64,000 nucleotides of DNA from a virus. Under the pieces are notes generated by a model, which ran no database searches, was not told where the DNA came from, and worked only from the letters and a program-made list of their open reading frames with translations. Made by a program: the position numbers and the translations under genes. The stretch lies in the IMG/VR virus record IMGVR_UViG_3300029319_000010, positions 1 through 64,000 of that record; one strand, written 5' to 3'. Positions 60,486-64,000 of the stretch are shown here, piece by piece (position 1 is the stretch's first letter; every line of letters starts with the position of its first letter).

Positions 60486-60944
60486 ATGACTATGAATCTA
60501 AATAATATTTTAAAGAAACTAATAACAACAGAAGATAGAAAAAACTTACATGACTATGTTTTTAATATGCTATTACACAATACAGATACAGCAGTATTAG
60601 AGTATTGTATACATGTTATCTGTGAAGATAAAAAGCCAATGAGAATAGATATAGCTGATGATATATGGTTTGACCCTAAAGATAATATGTATGACCTTGA
60701 AGATGTACTTATGTATAAAGATAGATTAATTGATGCTAATCTTATGACTGAAGAAGGTCTACTAAAAGGCAAAATTATATCAGACACAAGTTATAAAGAA
60801 GAATGTAACCCTTATGCAGCAGAATATAAAGTAGAATTTGGTATGAAAAAGTTTAAAGATATTGATAATACCAACTTCTACAAAGAGATAAGGGTTAAAA
60901 GACAAAACATATGGGGAATAGTAGAACCAGAAGATTTGGTATAG
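60486..60944 (+). CDS. Hypothetical protein (~152 aa)
   Basis: ORF track start 60450 overlaps the tRNA; ATG at 60486 or 60492 more likely. Confidence 0.65.
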   Translation: MTMNLNNILKKLITTEDRKNLHDYVFNMLLHNTDTAVLEYCIHVICEDKKPMRIDIADDIWFDPKDNMYDLEDVLMYKDRLIDANLMTEEGLLKGKIISDTSYKEECNPYAAEYKVEFGMKKFKDIDNTNFYKEIRVKRQNIWGIVEPEDLV

Positions 60945-61165
60945 TTGACCATGATGTTGTCACTGATCCTGATTTGTCTCTACAAGCTAAAGGTGTTTAT
61001 GCAGTCATAAGCACCTTTTGCAACACCAACAGAACTTGTTATCCATCCATTGCAACTATTGCAGATTTATGTGATGTGAGTACAAGAACTGTGGATAGAA
61101 AGCTTAAAGAATTGAAAGATAAAGGTTATCTTCATAGAAATGGAAAAATAATTAAATTATTATAG
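60911..61165 (+). CDS. Helix-turn-helix protein (replication-initiator/HTH_36-like; 84 aa)
   Basis: DLSLQAKGVYAVI...CYPSIATIADLCDVSTRTVDRKLKELKDKGYL. Confidence 0.8.
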   Translation: MGNSRTRRFGIVDHDVVTDPDLSLQAKGVYAVISTFCNTNRTCYPSIATIADLCDVSTRTVDRKLKELKDKGYLHRNGKIIKLL

Positions 61166-61230
61166 CTATATATATGCTATATTTATTTATTGCTGTCTCA
61201 ATTAGATTAGTATAAATAAATATAATAGTA

Positions 61231-61238
61231 TACTTTTG
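61231..61238 (+). promoter_or_regulatory. Bacteroidota-type -7 element TACTTTTG
   Basis: Matches TAnnTTTG 4 nt before the ATG at 61243. Confidence 0.4.
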
Positions 61239-61242
61239 TGCT

Positions 61243-61509
61243 ATGATATATCAATTACCAAACGGGCGTATAATAGAACTGACATTAGAACAATACCTAG
61301 ATTTAACTGATGATGAGTTAAAAGATTTAAACGGTCTAGATTCTAGCTACACTACTGACCCTAAAGGTCCTTTCTATAAATCAATTCTTGATAAAGCAAA
61401 GAAAGAAAAGAAAGATATCTCTTCTTCAGGTAATTATGAACCTGGAGTTGATGAGATATCCAAAGATGATATCATTAATGATGAATATTTTCATCGTGAT
61501 GATACCTAA
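61243..61509 (+). CDS. Hypothetical acidic protein (88 aa)
   Basis: ORF track, coding strand of the region. Confidence 0.7.
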   Translation: MIYQLPNGRIIELTLEQYLDLTDDELKDLNGLDSSYTTDPKGPFYKSILDKAKKEKKDISSSGNYEPGVDEISKDDIINDEYFHRDDT

Positions 61510-61542
61510 ACAACCAAATTAATTAACTAAATATTTTTAAAA

Positions 61543-62130
61543 ATGATTGAAAACAACCAACCAGTTGTCATTTCACGTGATGAAAGTGGCAACATTATTA
61601 GAGTATCAAAGAACAATCCTGAATACGGCTTTGTTAGAGTAGAGCAACCAACTTTTGCAATAGCAGGAGGATGGGTAGATGACAAAACTAGATCTGCAAT
61701 TATCAACGGTAAGCTTGAAAAACTACAAAGAATGCTACCAGCGTTAGAAAAAAATGAAAAGAACTTAAAAGGACAAATTATTATTACTGAACAGTTTGAT
61801 CCATTCTTTACTAACACTGAACATCCTAAGTATGAGCAATTAAGAGATAAAAATCTTAAAGTTGCAGGTGATACAGGTGTAGTTCTTAAAGGTGTAGATC
61901 CTGAAACAGGTGAAGAAAGACCTATTTATAGAAAAACTGAATTCACTAGTGATATGAATGCTACTGATACTTTTATTTCTCACATTAACAGTGATGAGAT
62001 AAGAGCAGCACAAGCAGGAACTACAACTAAAGAAGCAAAAGAAGATTTCATGGCAGCAGCAGAAGAAGCTGACAAAGAAGTTGAGAAAGAAGAAGAAGTA
62101 GAAATGCAAGATGAAACTTTTGAGCTATAG
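61543..62130 (+). CDS. Possible ssDNA-binding protein (195 aa)
   Basis: Beta-rich N-terminus, acidic tail ending DETFEL, strong terminator downstream; inference only. Confidence 0.4.
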   Translation: MIENNQPVVISRDESGNIIRVSKNNPEYGFVRVEQPTFAIAGGWVDDKTRSAIINGKLEKLQRMLPALEKNEKNLKGQIIITEQFDPFFTNTEHPKYEQLRDKNLKVAGDTGVVLKGVDPETGEERPIYRKTEFTSDMNATDTFISHINSDEIRAAQAGTTTKEAKEDFMAAAEEADKEVEKEEEVEMQDETFEL

Positions 62131-62172
62131 GTCTGTTAACACCTTAAGTTAATAATTTATTTCAAGTGAATT

Positions 62173-62202
62173 AGGGATTGTTAGAAATAGCAATCCCTTT
62201 TT
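62173..62202 (+). terminator. Rho-independent terminator
   Basis: AGGGATTGTTA-GAAA-TAGCAATCCCT followed by T-run. Confidence 0.85.
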
Positions 62203-62230
62203 CTTTATACAAACATTTAAATAAATAATC

Positions 62231-62716
62231 ATGTTAGATAAAAATCAAGCAAATAAAATAAAATTACAACAAAGAAAAGATAGATACGAATACATGGGTT
62301 TACTAACTGAGTATCAATTAGTTATGAACACAGGTAGTTTCGTTGAGTATACTAAATTAAATCCAAAGCAACACTTTATATTTAAAAGAGTATTGCATGG
62401 TCTAAAGATGTATAATGAAGCAGAGATTGCTAAAATGCATTGGGATAAAAAGAGAAGAGTGATTAAAGTATGGAAGCGTGGTCAAGAGGTTATTAATGAG
62501 TTAAAACAATGGGTAGCTTATAAGCAAGTTCAACCTATTTTTCGTATATTTGCTAAGTCTGAATTAGGCAGGGCAATATATGAATCTGAGTTTGAATATT
62601 TACCAGACTACAGGAATAAACATACACTTAAAGACTTAGGATTAAACTATTCAGATTTAATTCTAAAGTTTATGAGTGTAGGATTAGTTCCTAAAAACTT
62701 TTATAGTTTAAAATGA
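62231..62716 (+). CDS. Hypothetical protein (161 aa)
   Basis: ORF track; overlaps the next gene's start. Confidence 0.7.
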   Translation: MLDKNQANKIKLQQRKDRYEYMGLLTEYQLVMNTGSFVEYTKLNPKQHFIFKRVLHGLKMYNEAEIAKMHWDKKRRVIKVWKRGQEVINELKQWVAYKQVQPIFRIFAKSELGRAIYESEFEYLPDYRNKHTLKDLGLNYSDLILKFMSVGLVPKNFYSLK

Positions 62717-62976
62717 GACAGAAATCAAAAAAAATGCAGAAGCTTGATGCAAAGTATAGTAAATTAAGGAGGGTATTTCTTGATGACTATCCTATGTGTC
62801 AAGCTGCACTGCCTAAATGTACTGTTAAATCTACAGATGTGCATCATAAGAAAGGTAGGGGGATCTACCATAATGATGTAAGTACGTGGTTATCAGTATG
62901 TAGGAACTGTCACAACTGGATAGAACTAAATCCAGTAGAGGCAGAAGAATTAGGATTTTCAATTAAAAGAATATGA
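62713..62976 (+). CDS. HNH endonuclease-like protein (87 aa)
   Basis: CQ..LPKC, DVHHKKGR, WLSVCRNCHNWI. Confidence 0.8.
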   Translation: MRQKSKKMQKLDAKYSKLRRVFLDDYPMCQAALPKCTVKSTDVHHKKGRGIYHNDVSTWLSVCRNCHNWIELNPVEAEELGFSIKRI

Positions 62977-63209
62977 TTAAATTATTACAATACTTAGCAG
63001 TAACTTTAAAAAGAGAAGATTTATATAATCTTGCAATGTTTTTGTCAGAGAATCCTGACATTATAGATCAAGAAACTTTAATGCATATAGTAGATGAAGT
63101 TGATGGATGGAACAGTAACAATGAACTGTACCGTGAAGAACACAATAAACTTATTGAAGATAAAAAACTTAAAGATTTATTAAGAGATAATAACATTAAT
63201 TTAAATTAA
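62973..63209 (+). CDS. Hypothetical protein (78 aa)
   Basis: ORF track; ATGA coupling. Confidence 0.65.
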   Translation: MIKLLQYLAVTLKREDLYNLAMFLSENPDIIDQETLMHIVDEVDGWNSNNELYREEHNKLIEDKKLKDLLRDNNINLN

Positions 63210-63210
63210 G

Positions 63211-63408
63211 ATGAGAAAAAAAATTTTTAATATGAGTAAACATTTATTAGTATTACTTATAATGTTAACAGCACTTAGTTGCGGATCATACGGTATGTTT
63301 TATACACTATTTCATGGATGGGTATACATAATATTATTTATAATTAGTGGTGCATCATTTGCACTTAGTATGTTTATACTATATACACTTTCTAATCAAT
63401 CAAAATAA
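63211..63408 (+). CDS. Small two-TM membrane protein (65 aa)
   Basis: Two hydrophobic helices; TAATG coupling to the helicase. Confidence 0.6.
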   Translation: MRKKIFNMSKHLLVLLIMLTALSCGSYGMFYTLFHGWVYIILFIISGASFALSMFILYTLSNQSK

Positions 63409-64000
63409 TGGAAGTGAAGGAAATATCAAGAGATAAAGTACAAGCTGATGCATTAGATGTAGCAATACAGAATGTAAGAGCAACTCTAGCAGTATCTATG
63501 GGAGTAGGTAAAACTAGAGTTGCTATTCAGCATTTAATGAAACTATATGATTCTTTTATAAGGGTGTTAGTTGTTGTACCAAAGTGGTCTGTAAAAGATT
63601 CTTGGGAAGATGAACTACAAAAGATGGGTGAGCTTAGACTTGTACATCATATAGAGTTTTGCACATACTTATCATTAAATAAAAAGAATCCAAATGATTA
63701 TGATATAGTCTATCTTGATGAATGTCATAGCTTATTAGAATCACATGAATCATTTCTCTCTGAGTTTAAAGGTAGAATACTGGGACTTACTGGTACACCA
63801 CCAAGATCAGGAGAGAAGCTAAAGATGGTTAATAAGTATTGTCCTGTTAAATATACATTTAGTGTAGATGATGCAGCTGACAATGATATACTTAATGACT
63901 ATCAGATTATAGTACATGAACTTGAATTATCAAGAGTAAAAAATGTTAAGAAGTCTACAAGAGATGGAAGAACATGGTATACATCTGAGAAAGCAGATTA
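63408..64000 (+). CDS. Superfamily 2 (DExH) helicase, truncated at the right edge
   Basis: Not in the ORF track. Manual translation MEVKEISRDKVQADAL... shows Walker A SMGVGKT, VLVVVP, YLDECH, GLTGTP. Confidence 0.9.
   Translation, partial: MEVKEISRDKVQADALDVAIQNVRATLAVSMGVGKTRVAIQHLMKLYDSFIRVLVVVPKWSVKDSWEDELQKMGELRLVHHIEFCTYLSLNKKNPNDYDIVYLDECHSLLESHESFLSEFKGRILGLTGTPPRSGEKLKMVNKYCPVKYTFSVDDAADNDILNDYQIIVHELELSRVKNVKKSTRDGRTWYTSEKAD

Noticed and set aside
58479-62109. Minus-strand ORFs in the early region (58479-58688, 58508-58747, 60554-60787, 61527-61817, 61840-62109)
   Set aside because: Shadows of better-supported plus-strand genes

Overview
AT-rich phage DNA in the standard genetic code, with the gene set and order of a crAss-like (Crassvirales-related) podovirus, probably infecting a Bacteroidota host (TAnnTTTG promoters, no obvious Shine-Dalgarno sites). 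From about 58,220 down to 1 the minus strand carries the late module: small basic proteins, thermonuclease, holin-like protein, L,D-transpeptidase-fold lysin, HU/IHF-like protein, PD-(D/E)XK nuclease, GroES, TerL, portal, scaffold, major capsid, ring/tail proteins, metallophosphoesterase, a 2732-aa muzzle with vWA inserts, and five very large cargo/ejection proteins. The last of these (>=1553 aa) runs off the left edge and is missing from the ORF track. At about 58,300 the coding strand switches to a plus-strand early region with small ORFs, tRNA-Arg(TCT), HTH, HNH and a truncated SF2 helicase. Main points: (i) about 700 nt of non-coding DNA folds into consecutive stems whose non-Watson-Crick pairs are G-U on the + strand, i.e. 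a candidate large structured ncRNA; (ii) a duplicated 44-nt leader forms an H-type pseudoknot with a compensatory base-pair change; (iii) a recurrent [YFAM]xxG[GE]/YQDxGE motif separates enzyme modules in the cargo proteins and is shared with the small basic proteins, suggesting a packaging/processing system; (iv) TonB-box-like motifs occur in cargo proteins. All family calls are from motif recognition and synteny by eye; no database searches were run.
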